DNA of 64,000 bases. Origin: Candidatus Omnitrophota bacterium. GTDB taxonomy: Bacteria; Omnitrophota; Gorgyraeia; 2-01-FULL-45-10. Below the pieces are notes generated by a model. That model was given only the letters and a program-made list of their open reading frames with translations, was not told where the DNA came from and ran no database searches. Position numbers and translations under genes: made by a program. The DNA lies in contig JAMWCX010000001.1 of NCBI GenBank assembly GCA_023818895.1, forward strand, positions 75,539 through 139,538, given 5' to 3'. Shown one piece after another: positions 26,910 through 36,544 of this stretch (positions are counted from its first letter, which is position 1; each line of letters begins with the position of its first letter).

Positions 26910-27578
26910 TTATTTTGATTTGATTGCTAGGACCTTAACAAAATCGGCCGCGTCTTCTATCTTGTCCGTGACGCCCTCCATATATTCGGCCAGTTGGTAT
27001 GTCAGCAATAGAGTGGCCGGCTCCATCTTGGCGCGGATGATGGCTTCGATAAGAGTCTTCTTCTGATCGTCGGCGTCATGCTCAAGCCGATCTACCTCGC
27101 TGCAATCCGCTATAGCCTTTTTAAGGTCGTTCTTGGCAACAGCTTCTATCGCTTCTTTAAGCTTCGATATAGAGTTTACGATTATGTCGGTAGCCAGCGA
27201 TATATTAGTCAGGATGTTTTCAGGCAATTTTTCCTCTATGAACCCCAAAAGTCGGGCCGAACCGTTTGTCCAATCAGCTATCTTGTCCAGCGTGTTGGCG
27301 AAGTGCATCAGGTCTTCTCTATCGGGCGGTAGCAGAATCCCTTTGGAAAGCTCCTCCACCATCTTCGTCCTCAAGAGATCCGCCTTATGCTCGCTCTCCC
27401 TTACGTTTGATATAGCGGACATCTTGGCCTGCAGATCGCCTCTTATGAATGCCTTAATAGCATCGGCGAAAAAGGATACGGTCTTACAGGCTTCCTCCAC
27501 ATGCTTTTGGGCGTCTTTAAGTATCGATTGTTCTTCAGCCATACCAAGCCAGCCGAGTATGTTTCTTATCTCCTTCAT
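26910..27578 (-). CDS. DUF47 (TIGR00153) PhoU-like phosphate-transport accessory protein
   Basis: A helical PhoU-like protein located directly downstream of the PiT transporter gene on the same strand. Confidence 0.65.
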   Translation of the reverse strand: MKEIRNILGWLGMAEEQSILKDAQKHVEEACKTVSFFADAIKAFIRGDLQAKMSAISNVRESEHKADLLRTKMVEELSKGILLPPDREDLMHFANTLDKIADWTNGSARLLGFIEEKLPENILTNISLATDIIVNSISKLKEAIEAVAKNDLKKAIADCSEVDRLEHDADDQKKTLIEAIIRAKMEPATLLLTYQLAEYMEGVTDKIEDAADFVKVLAIKSK

Positions 27579-27600
27579 GATTAAAACCCCCTTTTTTATT

Positions 27601-28584
27601 TTACGGCGTTTTTATAAAAAAGATAATCCCTTTTAAAGTAACGAAACTTATTATTCCAGATATAAATGGTGTGGCCATCCAGCATAACACCATATCTTTC
27701 ATTATATTCAGATTTAGCACCTTGGAGCCTCGCACCAACCCTACGCCGACGATCGCGCCGACGATGGAATGGCTTGTGGAAACAGGTATCCCGAATAAGG
27801 TGTATACGTGCACGTTTACCGCGCTTGCAAGTTGCGCAGAAAATGCCATGATCGGAAGAAGGTTGGTTATCTCCGAGCCCACCGTTTCTATTACTTTATA
27901 CCCCCAGGTTATTATTCCTACTAGTATTGCCAGCCCGCCTAAGATGGTGCTTATACGAGGCGAAAGGATGCCCGCGCCGGCCATGACGCCAGTCGAGTTC
28001 GCGACATCATTAGCGCCCCATGAATAGGCGACGTAGCAGCCGCTCGCTATTATAAGGGCGGTAAGAACCTTTCGTATGTAGCGCGTCGGTATTATTAGCT
28101 GAAAGACATTCTGGAATATTATGCAAAAAATATAACCTAGAATGGCCGCGCCCAGGGGCGTGCATATCCAGCAGATGAATATGTCGCCGAGGATCTTCCA
28201 TTTTACCGGCGCGTGTACAGCCACTCCCGCCCCTGCCACCGCTCCAACTATTGAATGGCTTGTTGATACAGGCATTTTCCATCTTGTGGCGATGACTAAC
28301 CATGCGCAGGCCGCGAAACAGGCCACCACGGCGATATATGTCGCCAGCGCCTTGTCGAGACTGTTTATAGGAACTATACCCTTCCCTATCGTTTTTGTGA
28401 CATGAGATCCTTGCAGAGTAGCGCCGAGAAAACCGAATATAGATATGAGAAGAATGGCCCGTTTTAATGTAAGTACCCGCGAACCCACTGCGGCACCGAG
28501 GGAATTGGCGGCATCATTGGCCCCTATAGACCAGCCGACACCCATGCCCATCAAGATAGTGAGCGAGACGAGGAATAAATTCAT
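27601..28584 (-). CDS. pit: Inorganic phosphate transporter, PiT family
   Basis: Contains the PiT signature GANDAANSLGAAVGS near the N-terminus, repeated in the C-terminal half (GANDVANSTG). Confidence 0.8.
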   Translation of the reverse strand: MNLFLVSLTILMGMGVGWSIGANDAANSLGAAVGSRVLTLKRAILLISIFGFLGATLQGSHVTKTIGKGIVPINSLDKALATYIAVVACFAACAWLVIATRWKMPVSTSHSIVGAVAGAGVAVHAPVKWKILGDIFICWICTPLGAAILGYIFCIIFQNVFQLIIPTRYIRKVLTALIIASGCYVAYSWGANDVANSTGVMAGAGILSPRISTILGGLAILVGIITWGYKVIETVGSEITNLLPIMAFSAQLASAVNVHVYTLFGIPVSTSHSIVGAIVGVGLVRGSKVLNLNIMKDMVLCWMATPFISGIISFVTLKGIIFFIKTP

Positions 28585-28768
28585 TGGTTATAATTATATG
28601 GGTGGGTACCTCCCGTGTCAAGGACTATCGGGCCTGCTTTTTTAGCGCGATCTTGTTTTTTGTTTGTCCTGTGATATAATTAATTTACTAAAAAAACAAA
28701 AGGTACTTACACCTTTACACCAGTGTCTATAAACCGGTACGGGTTTTGCCAAAAAGAAAGGTAGGCAA

Positions 28769-30028
28769 GTGAAAAGGACATTAGCGCTTATACTCGGAGG
28801 TGGCCAAGGAAAAAGACTTTTTCCGCTTACGATGTACCGGTCTAAACCCGCGGTTCCGATAGGAGGAAAATACCGGCTTATAGATATACCGATCTCTAAC
28901 TGCCTGCATTCTGGGCTTAAAGACATATACGTTCTTACCCAATTCAACTCTGAATCTCTTAATAATCATATAAATAATACCTACCGATTCGATTATTTCT
29001 CGAGGGCTTTTGTCCGTATACTTGCTGCGGAACAGACATTGGATAACACTAACTGGTTTCAGGGGACGGCCGATGCGGTGAGAAAGAACATGATACACTT
29101 GGATCTCAAGGGAGACGAGGAGATATTGATACTTTCTGGCGACCATTTGTATAATATGGACTACCGTGAAATGGTATCATTCCATCGCAGGCATGAGGCG
29201 GATTTTACCGTTTCCGTTATCCCGATAAAGGTTCAAGAGGCCGCTGAGTTCGGAGTTCTTAGGATCAATGAAAGCTCAAGAATAACAGGTTTTAAGGAGA
29301 AACCCGCCACGCCTTCCGAGCTCAAAGGATTTACGATATCGGTAGACGATCTGGGAGTCGGCAGGCATCTCGGTAAAAACTGCTGCCTGGCGTCTATGGG
29401 GGTGTATCTTTTTAACGTCAAGGTGTTAATGAAGGCCCTTGAGGTGACAGGCGACGCAGATTTTGGCAAGGAAGTCATTCCCCACTCTATAAAGAAGTTC
29501 AAGGGGCTCGGTTTCCTTTATCACGGATACTGGAGAGATGTGGGAACGATAAGGTCTTATTACGATGTGAGTATGGATATAGCAAAGCACAAGCCGTATC
29601 TTTCATTTTTTCACGAAGGCTCTGTTTTTACAAGGCCGCGCTTTTTGCCGTCTCCCAGAATAGCCAAGTGCAGGATTGAGGATTCGATAATCGCCGAAGG
29701 CTCAGTGATCGAAGACGCCTATATCAAAGAGTCGATAATTGGGCTTAGGTCTATAATAGGACGTCGGTGTACGATTACCAGAAGTGTTATTATGGGGGCC
29801 GATTACTATGAAGATTTAGTTGCCCTTAAGGAAGATATGAGGGTTGGTATAGGTGACGATACTATTATTGAGAGGGCGATAATAGACAAAAATGCCAGGA
29901 TAGGAAGGAACGTTGTGATAAAGAATCTGAAGAGACTGAAAAACTTCGATGGCACCAATTACTACATAAGGGACGGCATCGTCATCATACCTAAGAACGC
30001 GGGAATAAAGAGCGGGACGAGGATATAG
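28769..30028 (+). CDS. glgC: Glucose-1-phosphate adenylyltransferase (ADP-glucose pyrophosphorylase); GTG start
   Basis: An N-terminal nucleotidyltransferase domain (LILGGGQGKRLFPLTMYRSKPAVPIGGKYRLIDIPISNC) and a C-terminal left-handed beta-helix. Confidence 0.85.
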   Translation: MKRTLALILGGGQGKRLFPLTMYRSKPAVPIGGKYRLIDIPISNCLHSGLKDIYVLTQFNSESLNNHINNTYRFDYFSRAFVRILAAEQTLDNTNWFQGTADAVRKNMIHLDLKGDEEILILSGDHLYNMDYREMVSFHRRHEADFTVSVIPIKVQEAAEFGVLRINESSRITGFKEKPATPSELKGFTISVDDLGVGRHLGKNCCLASMGVYLFNVKVLMKALEVTGDADFGKEVIPHSIKKFKGLGFLYHGYWRDVGTIRSYYDVSMDIAKHKPYLSFFHEGSVFTRPRFLPSPRIAKCRIEDSIIAEGSVIEDAYIKESIIGLRSIIGRRCTITRSVIMGADYYEDLVALKEDMRVGIGDDTIIERAIIDKNARIGRNVVIKNLKRLKNFDGTNYYIRDGIVIIPKNAGIKSGTRI

Positions 30029-30926
30029 CGCTTCCCTGGTGGCTTCCCCTTCTTGAAAATTCTTCCTCTATCTTCTTTATTGTGCCCATCTTGTCTAATG
30101 CCCAGAGAGGCGCTATGTGGTCAGACCTCTTCCCCTCTCCGGTTAAACGTTGGATGATTGTGGTTTCCGGTAGGTTTTCCAGAAAGTCGCAAACCAGTTT
30201 AACGTATTCGTCCTGCTCAAGTATCCTTACTCTGCCTTCTCTGTAAAGACTCTCAAGTCTGCTACCCTTTAATATGTGCAACAGATGTATCTTTACACCT
30301 TCTACTTTAAACTCTGATAACGTTCGCGCTGTTTGAATCATCTCCTCTCTTGTTTCCTGGGGCAACCCCAGAATAACGTGGGCGCAGACGGGAATGCCAT
30401 GCTCCCTGGTCATGCATAGAGCCTTTACGAAATCGTCTAATCGGTGGCATCTGTTTATTGCCTCAAGGGTGGCATCGTGTGCCGATTGTAACCCGTATTC
30501 GATCCAAAGATCGTAGCGCTCCTTGTAGGATAAAATCAGTTTTAGTTTTTCCTGGTCGATCGTATCAGGCCTTGTGCCTATTGTTATGCCAACTATCTCT
30601 TTGAACGGCAGTACGTTATCGTATATTTCCTTAAGTTTCTCGATAGGCGCGTAAGTATTGGTAAAGGCCTGGAAATATGCGATGAACTTTTTGATCCCTT
30701 TTGCCTTCTTGAGGTATTCAATCCGGGTGGTGAGCTGCTCTTTTATGGTTTGCGTGGGATCCGTATAAGAAGATCGCGAACCATTTGCATTGCAGAATGC
30801 GCAGCCGCCGTAACCCATTGTGCCATCTCGGGTTGGGCATGTGAAACCGGCATCCAGACCTATGCGGTAGACCTTGCATCCGAATTTGGCTTTCAGGTAA
30901 GAGCCGTAGTCATTATAATATTTCAT
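29991..30926 (-). CDS. Radical SAM protein, TIGR01212 family (YhcC-like). The likely start is MKYYNDYGSYL at 30926.
   Basis: The segment KFGCKVYRIGLDAGFTCPTRDGTMGYGGCAFCN matches the TIGR01212 family. Confidence 0.7.
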   Translation of the reverse strand: MKYYNDYGSYLKAKFGCKVYRIGLDAGFTCPTRDGTMGYGGCAFCNANGSRSSYTDPTQTIKEQLTTRIEYLKKAKGIKKFIAYFQAFTNTYAPIEKLKEIYDNVLPFKEIVGITIGTRPDTIDQEKLKLILSYKERYDLWIEYGLQSAHDATLEAINRCHRLDDFVKALCMTREHGIPVCAHVILGLPQETREEMIQTARTLSEFKVEGVKIHLLHILKGSRLESLYREGRVRILEQDEYVKLVCDFLENLPETTIIQRLTGEGKRSDHIAPLWALDKMGTIKKIEEEFSRRGSHQGSAISSSRSLFPRS

Positions 30927-31001
30927 ATTCGTTAAAATCCCAAATTCCAATATACAGCTACCAGCCAAATCAAAAAATATAAATTCGGATTTAGAGGTTT
31001 G

Positions 31002-32816
31002 TTAGAGTTTATGGCTCCCGGCTTCAGATTTTTTCCTTATCCCATCAAGATATACCATGAGTATCGATATCGCTGCGGGAGTAACGCCTGATATCCTTGC
31101 CGCCTGCCCAAGACTGACAGGTCTTATCGCAGCGAGTTTTTCCTTGATCTCGGAAGAAAGGCCGTGTATTTTGTTATAGTCTATATTTTCGGGTATCTTT
31201 ATCTTCTCTGTCTTTTCGAGTCGCGCGATCTCGTTGAGCTGTCTTTTGATAAAACCCTCGTATTTTATTTCTATCTCAACCTGCCGCGTTTCGATATCAG
31301 ACAAGTTTTGAGTTTTTTTGCCGGATACGGCATCAAGATAAGATATTCTCGGCTTTCTGAGGACCTTTTCAAGGCCGCTTTCTTTAAGTCGCTGTATCTC
31401 GGCTTCTATCCTGTCTTTTTTAGCAAGCATAGCCCTGTAGTCCTCGTCTTTAATCAATCCTATTTCATATCCTATCGGCATTAGCCGTTTATCTGCGTTG
31501 TCCTCCCTTAGCAGAAGTCGGTATTCCACGCGTGATGTAAACATGCGGTAAGGCTCGTTTGTGCCTTTGGTGACGAGGTCGTCTATAAGAACCCCGATAT
31601 AAGCCTGTGAGCGAGCAAGGACAATAGGTTTCTTCCCTTTCGATTTTAACGCCGCATTTATCCCTGCCATGAGTCCGAGGCTTGCGGCCTCTTCGTAACC
31701 GGTGGTGCCGTTTATCTGGCCAGCCAAATATAATCCATCAATTCTCTTGGTCTCGAGTGTTGGATAAAGCTCTCTCGGATCCACATAGTCGTATTCTATG
31801 CCATAGCCGGGCCGCACTATCTTGGCATGCTCAAGCCCTCTTATTGAGTTGACGATTCTTTCCTGTATGTCTACGGGCAGGCTTGTGGATATGCCGTTTG
31901 GATAATACCGTGTTGTGTTAAGGCCCTCGGGTTCAAGAAATATATGATGCCTGTCGCGTTCCGGAAAGCGGTGAATCTTATCCTCGATGGATGGGCAGTA
32001 GCGGACGCCGGTGCCTTTTATGATTCCCGTGAATAAAGGAGAGCGGTTTAGAGCTGATCGTATGATATCGTGGGTCCGGGGGTTTGTATAGGTTATGTAG
32101 CAAGGAAGTTGTTCCCTCCCAATTTTTTTTGTATGGAAAGAAAAAGGCATTATATCGGTGTCGCCGTGCTGGACCGCCAGGGCGGCGAAATCTATTGTCC
32201 TGCCGTCTAACCTTGGGCATGTGCCTGTCTTAAGACGGCCCACAGCGAAGCCAAGATTCTTTAGAACGTTTGATAGAGCCGTTGAGTTATTCTCCCCTAT
32301 TCGGCCACCCGGCCAGTGTTCAAGGCCGATATGTATTAAACCGTTAAGGAAGGTACCAGCCGTTATTACTACGCAGGAGGCATAAAAGGTTTCACCAACG
32401 TTTATTTTTACGCCCTCCACCACACCCTTTTTTATTAATATATCTTCCACAAGCCCTTCTTTTATATCGAGGTTTTCCTGGCCTTCTATTATGGATCTCA
32501 TGTAAGAACGGTATGCCTCGATATCTACCTGGGCTCTGGTCGATCTTACAGCCGGTCCTTTTCTGGTGTTTAATAGCCTGAACTGTATTGCGGTAGCGTC
32601 AGCCGCCCGCCCTATCTGTCCGCCTAAGGCGTCTATTTCTCTTACAAGTTGCCCCTTAGCAAGCCCGCCTATGGCAGGATTGCATGACATAAGGCCGATC
32701 GTATCCAGCCTCATAGTTACAAGAAGTGTCCTGCACCCCATACGGCTTGACGCCAGGCTTGCCTCGCACCCCGCATGACCTCCCCCTACAACTATCACGT
32801 CATACTTATCTTTCAT
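31002..32816 (-). CDS. mnmG: tRNA uridine 5-carboxymethylaminomethyl modification enzyme MnmG (GidA). The start is taken at [13 protein letters not shown]; the ORF-track N-terminal extension is rejected.
   Basis: FAD-binding N-terminus ([23 protein letters not shown]), the motif [21 protein letters not shown], and a conserved C-terminal domain. Confidence 0.9.
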   Translation of the reverse strand: MKDKYDVIVVGGGHAGCEASLASSRMGCRTLLVTMRLDTIGLMSCNPAIGGLAKGQLVREIDALGGQIGRAADATAIQFRLLNTRKGPAVRSTRAQVDIEAYRSYMRSIIEGQENLDIKEGLVEDILIKKGVVEGVKINVGETFYASCVVITAGTFLNGLIHIGLEHWPGGRIGENNSTALSNVLKNLGFAVGRLKTGTCPRLDGRTIDFAALAVQHGDTDIMPFSFHTKKIGREQLPCYITYTNPRTHDIIRSALNRSPLFTGIIKGTGVRYCPSIEDKIHRFPERDRHHIFLEPEGLNTTRYYPNGISTSLPVDIQERIVNSIRGLEHAKIVRPGYGIEYDYVDPRELYPTLETKRIDGLYLAGQINGTTGYEEAASLGLMAGINAALKSKGKKPIVLARSQAYIGVLIDDLVTKGTNEPYRMFTSRVEYRLLLREDNADKRLMPIGYEIGLIKDEDYRAMLAKKDRIEAEIQRLKESGLEKVLRKPRISYLDAVSGKKTQNLSDIETRQVEIEIKYEGFIKRQLNEIARLEKTEKIKIPENIDYNKIHGLSSEIKEKLAAIRPVSLGQAARISGVTPAAISILMVYLDGIRKKSEAGSHKL

Positions 32817-33076
32817 ATAGTTAATAATTATACCATATATGTTAAAAATGACAAAAATCCACCTTTTAACTCTTGATTTTTTTAAAAAATATAGTATACT
32901 AATAAATGGATGACAACGGCTCAATGACCCGTTCTCGGGCCGATGGTACTATGTACCGCTAAGCGCTGTTGCCATCCTTTTTTTATATTGTAACACCGAT
33001 AGATACCGCAACGTCGCAATATCTGATTCATTTGCGTGGTTGCGGTATTCCGTTTTTTGAGGAGTGAGCTGCCCAG

Positions 33077-33454
33077 CTACGCTTTTCTTAGCGGCGCAAG
33101 CGAAAGCATTATTTGGATAGCTTTTAGCATCTCGTTGAGGTCTATAGGCTTGGTGATATAATAGTCAGCCTGAAGATCGTACCCTTTAAGGATACTTGCG
33201 GGCTCAGTTAATGCGGTTAGTATTATTACCGGTACCCATTTTCGAGAGTCTCTTAGTTCCTTGAGAAATTGAAAACCGTCTTTGACGGGCATCTTTATGT
33301 CGCAAATGACGATATTGGGGGCCTCAGAATCGAATTTTTTAAGTCCTTCCTCACCGTTGGCGGCGGATATGACATTGTATCCACGCGGCGAAAGAAAATC
33401 TGTCAACATATCGCTTATCTCTTTTTCGTCATCTATTACAAGAATCTTCTCCAT
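33077..33454 (-). CDS. Stand-alone response-regulator receiver domain (CheY-like)
   Basis: 125 aa with the start MEKILVIDDE, a phospho-acceptor Asp in VICDIKMP, and a conserved Thr/Lys. Confidence 0.75.
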   Translation of the reverse strand: MEKILVIDDEKEISDMLTDFLSPRGYNVISAANGEEGLKKFDSEAPNIVICDIKMPVKDGFQFLKELRDSRKWVPVIILTALTEPASILKGYDLQADYYITKPIDLNEMLKAIQIMLSLAPLRKA

Positions 33455-33465
33455 GCAACTCCTCG

Positions 33466-34116
33466 CTATTTTGTCTTTCTGTAAAAGTCATTTATGGCGG
33501 CTACGACTTCCTGCGGCGAATCCACTACCTTGAATATCAAAAGATCTGACTTGTCTATCATCTTATGCGAAAGCAGTGTTTTCTTGAGCCATTCCAAGAG
33601 GCCTGCCCAAAATTCGCTTCCGAAAAGTATCACCGGCAACGGATCTATTCTTTTGGTTTGTACAAGCGTTATAACTTCAAAGAATTCATCGAGCGTCCCA
33701 TAGCCGCCGGGAAAGGCCACAAGAGCCATCGAGTATTTGGCAAACATAACCTTTCTGCAAAAGAAGTATTTGAACTCAATAAGTTTTGTGACGAACTTGT
33801 TCGGTTTTTGTATGGTCGGTATCATTATGTTAAGGCCTATCGATTCGCCGCCCCCCTTTTTAGCGCCCTTGTTTGCGGCCTCCATTATGCCGGCCCCGGC
33901 GCCTGTTATTATAGAGTATCCGTTTCTGGCCAACCTGTATGCTGTTTCCTCGGCGGCTTTGTAAGATTTGTCGGACGGTCTTGATCTTGCCGAACCAAAT
34001 ATAGAGACGGCCTCTTTGACGCTGGAGAGTTCCTCGAATCCATCGACGAACTCGCTCATGATACGGAATATCCGCCACGGGTCTTCTTTAGTAAAGTCAC
34101 CTTTAAGTCTGGTCAT
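33466..34116 (-). CDS. LOG-family protein (TIGR00730; cytokinin riboside 5'-monophosphate phosphoribohydrolase-like)
   Basis: Contains the LOG family motifs GSARSRPSD...ITGAGAGIMEAANKGA and PGGYGTLDE. Confidence 0.75.
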   Translation of the reverse strand: MTRLKGDFTKEDPWRIFRIMSEFVDGFEELSSVKEAVSIFGSARSRPSDKSYKAAEETAYRLARNGYSIITGAGAGIMEAANKGAKKGGGESIGLNIMIPTIQKPNKFVTKLIEFKYFFCRKVMFAKYSMALVAFPGGYGTLDEFFEVITLVQTKRIDPLPVILFGSEFWAGLLEWLKKTLLSHKMIDKSDLLIFKVVDSPQEVVAAINDFYRKTK

Positions 34117-34119
34117 TTA

Positions 34120-34641
34120 TCAATCCTTTAGTGTAACCAATAACTCTTTTTTAAACCCCCTGATCATCCTGTAGATAACAAAGTAACCAAGTCTTCCTAT
34201 CGGGTTGGTGAACTGGTCAAATAATATGTGCTGCGTTAGACCTATGGCAGCCGCTTTCCAGTAATCGGAAAGAGACAGAGCGAATATCGCCAGCCAAAGG
34301 ATCAGGACGAGTTCGTATGAATGCAAAATGACATATAGCTTTTTTATGCGTATTTCCTCGCAAGCGTTGTATATATATTTTATGCGTATCGTGAAAGGAT
34401 GGCTGGTGTAATAATCGATGAAATGGTCGGCGTCTACAAGGACGCCTGCCGCCAAGGAGATGGCGGCACAGCCGATGGATTTGAAGTAAATCCCGACCGC
34501 AATGCTTATGATGCCCGATGCGGCGATATGTGCTAGAGGTTTCAAGAGGGTATTTTCCTTTATCCCTGGAGGTTTATTATGGAATCGAAAGTGCCGAACG
34601 AATTTTGCTCTCTTTCGGCGTTCTGAGAGTCGAGAACCCAT
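34120..34641 (-). CDS. YdjM/DUF457-like membrane-bound metal-dependent hydrolase. The start is uncertain: the 5' end overlaps the parA-like gene in another frame.
   Basis: A hydrophobic protein with LAHIAASGII...VLVDADHFIDYY, resembling the His/Asp motifs of DUF457. Confidence 0.35.
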   Translation of the reverse strand: MGSRLSERRKRAKFVRHFRFHNKPPGIKENTLLKPLAHIAASGIISIAVGIYFKSIGCAAISLAAGVLVDADHFIDYYTSHPFTIRIKYIYNACEEIRIKKLYVILHSYELVLILWLAIFALSLSDYWKAAAIGLTQHILFDQFTNPIGRLGYFVIYRMIRGFKKELLVTLKD

Positions 34642-35693
34642 TCGCCGTCAACAACGAATTTATATTTATACCTACCGGGCGCAAGAGTAAACCTTTTTTC
34701 CCATTTTCCGTTTTCGAGCCTCGAAAGGCGGCTTTCATCGTTTATCTTCCAGTGGTTAAACTCGCCTACCACAAATATATTCTTTGCGTTAGGCGCATCT
34801 ATATTGAAGGAGACCTCTCTTAAAATAGGGCTTGCCGGATCCATTGTCGAGCGAGGAGCATTGAGTGTTTGGGATACGGATTCTGTGCTTGATTGGGCTT
34901 GGCTTAAGGCCTGTTCGAACTCCAGCGCACCGTCCGCCCTCAATAATTCCCGCGCGAGGGCCAGATAGTCTTCGGCGCCTATCGAATCTTTATTGAAGCT
35001 GACAACACAGACGCCTTTTGCCGCTGCCTTCTTAAGATCTACGTTAAGTCTGATTATCGTGGAGAGCATCTGATTTCTGAAGAAAGTGCTTATTTCATCA
35101 TACATTGCCTGGGAGTATTTTGTCCTTTTATCGAACAACGTGGCAAGCGCGTTGACCTGAGGGGCGTGGTTTATTTTTATTTTGATTAGCTCAAGCATCC
35201 CCAGAAGCTTCCCAACGCCCATAAGCGAAAACGCGCTCATGTCTATGGGGACTAATATTTGATCGGCGGCTCTAAGGGCATTGAACGTCAGGAAGCCGAG
35301 GCTGGGAGGACAGTCGATAACTATATACTGGTAAGCCAGCTGGCTTGAGGCGAGCACCTGGTGGAGTTTCGATACGGCGTCCTCTTTGTCCTTGAGTTCC
35401 TGCTCGAGCGTGCTCAGCAGTATGTTTGAAGCAACGATGTCAAGATTATCGGATACCTTGACTATGCATTCGTTTATCGTTCTGGTCTTTTCAGGATTCT
35501 CAGTAAGGATATTGTAGGTGGAACGGTCCATGCTCTGGTTGGTTACTCCGAGGCCGAAGCTTGCATGGGCTTGGGGATCGAGGTCTATTATTAGAGTCTT
35601 TTTGCCTAAGCTGGCGAGAGCCCCTGCCAGGTTTATGGTTGTGGTGGTCTTGCCGCAACCACCCTTTTGATTAGCTACAGCTATTTTTTTCAT
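34560..35693 (-). CDS. ParA/MinD-family P-loop ATPase fused to a C-terminal CBM48/AMPK-beta-type glycogen-binding domain. The start is taken at MKKIAVANQKGG.
   Basis: A deviant Walker A (KGGCGKTT) with ParA-like sequence across the first ~250 aa. The C-terminus (FNIDAPNAKNIFVVGEFNHWKI...LAPGRYKYKFVVDGEWVLD) matches the AMPK-beta glycogen-binding / CBM48 consensus. Confidence 0.75.
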   Translation of the reverse strand: MKKIAVANQKGGCGKTTTTINLAGALASLGKKTLIIDLDPQAHASFGLGVTNQSMDRSTYNILTENPEKTRTINECIVKVSDNLDIVASNILLSTLEQELKDKEDAVSKLHQVLASSQLAYQYIVIDCPPSLGFLTFNALRAADQILVPIDMSAFSLMGVGKLLGMLELIKIKINHAPQVNALATLFDKRTKYSQAMYDEISTFFRNQMLSTIIRLNVDLKKAAAKGVCVVSFNKDSIGAEDYLALARELLRADGALEFEQALSQAQSSTESVSQTLNAPRSTMDPASPILREVSFNIDAPNAKNIFVVGEFNHWKINDESRLSRLENGKWEKRFTLAPGRYKYKFVVDGEWVLDSQNAEREQNSFGTFDSIINLQG

Positions 35694-35740
35694 GACCCCT
35701 CCTTTTCTCCAGTTAAAAATATATACCATCAAACACTATT

Positions 35741-36544
35741 TTACAAATTTTTTTTGGCGAATTCGACGCCGTTTCTGAATATATAAAATCCGTCGCCGGG
35801 GCCGTCTTTCATTTTTCTGGTCCAGCACGGATGCTGGTAGGGGCTTATATGCCTTTCGGGATGAGGCATAAGGCCGAATATGCGGCCTGAAGGATCGCAG
35901 ATGCCGGCTATATTCTCGACTGAGCCATTGGGGCAATAAGGATATCCCGCTCGCTTTCCTGCGACATCGACATATTCAAACACTATAAGCCCCTCGTCTT
36001 TTAGTTCCCTGAGTATATTTTCATCACGTGGGATGAACTTACCCTCGCCGTGAGCCACAGGAAGCTCTATCAAGCCATCAATGCCTTTAGCCCATACGCA
36101 TTTTGATTTTTGATTTTTGGATTCCGGTTTTTTAAGATATACCCACCTATCCTCGAATTTGTCCGAGTCATTCAACGTAAGCGTGGCTTCGATGTTTTGG
36201 AAATTTCCGGATAGATTTGGCAGGAGCCCTGATTTGACAAGTATCTGAAAGCCGTTGCATATGCCAATGATTAGCTTGCCATCATTTATGAACTTCTGCA
36301 AGTCCGACTCGACTTTGAATTTTAATTCGTTTGCTAGAATCTTCCCGCTTGCTATGTCGTCGCCGTAAGTGAAACCGCCCGGAATGGCCAGGATTTGATA
36401 GTCGTGGATGCTCCGCCTTTTTTTCGTTATCTCGTTTACGTGCACTAGCTCTGCGCGTCCTCCGGCACGCTCGAAGGCAAAAGCGGTCTCTTTGTCGCAG
36501 TTTGTGCCAGCGGTTCTTAATATCAGAACTTTGGGTTTAGGCAT
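35741..36544 (-). CDS. purQ: Phosphoribosylformylglycinamidine synthase, glutaminase subunit
   Basis: A class I glutamine amidotransferase with the start MPKPKVLILRTAGTNCDKETAFAFERAGG. Confidence 0.8.
   Translation of the reverse strand: MPKPKVLILRTAGTNCDKETAFAFERAGGRAELVHVNEITKKRRSIHDYQILAIPGGFTYGDDIASGKILANELKFKVESDLQKFINDGKLIIGICNGFQILVKSGLLPNLSGNFQNIEATLTLNDSDKFEDRWVYLKKPESKNQKSKCVWAKGIDGLIELPVAHGEGKFIPRDENILRELKDEGLIVFEYVDVAGKRAGYPYCPNGSVENIAGICDPSGRIFGLMPHPERHISPYQHPCWTRKMKDGPGDGFYIFRNGVEFAKKNL

Noticed and set aside
32817-32924. 36-aa N-terminal extension of mnmG
   Set aside because: MnmG conservation starts at [13 protein letters not shown]. The extension is hydrophobic junk in an AT-rich promoter region.
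35694-35732. 13-aa N-terminal extension of the ParA-CBM48 ORF
   Set aside because: ParA proteins begin directly at MKKIAV.NQKGG. The extension overlaps the purQ stop region.
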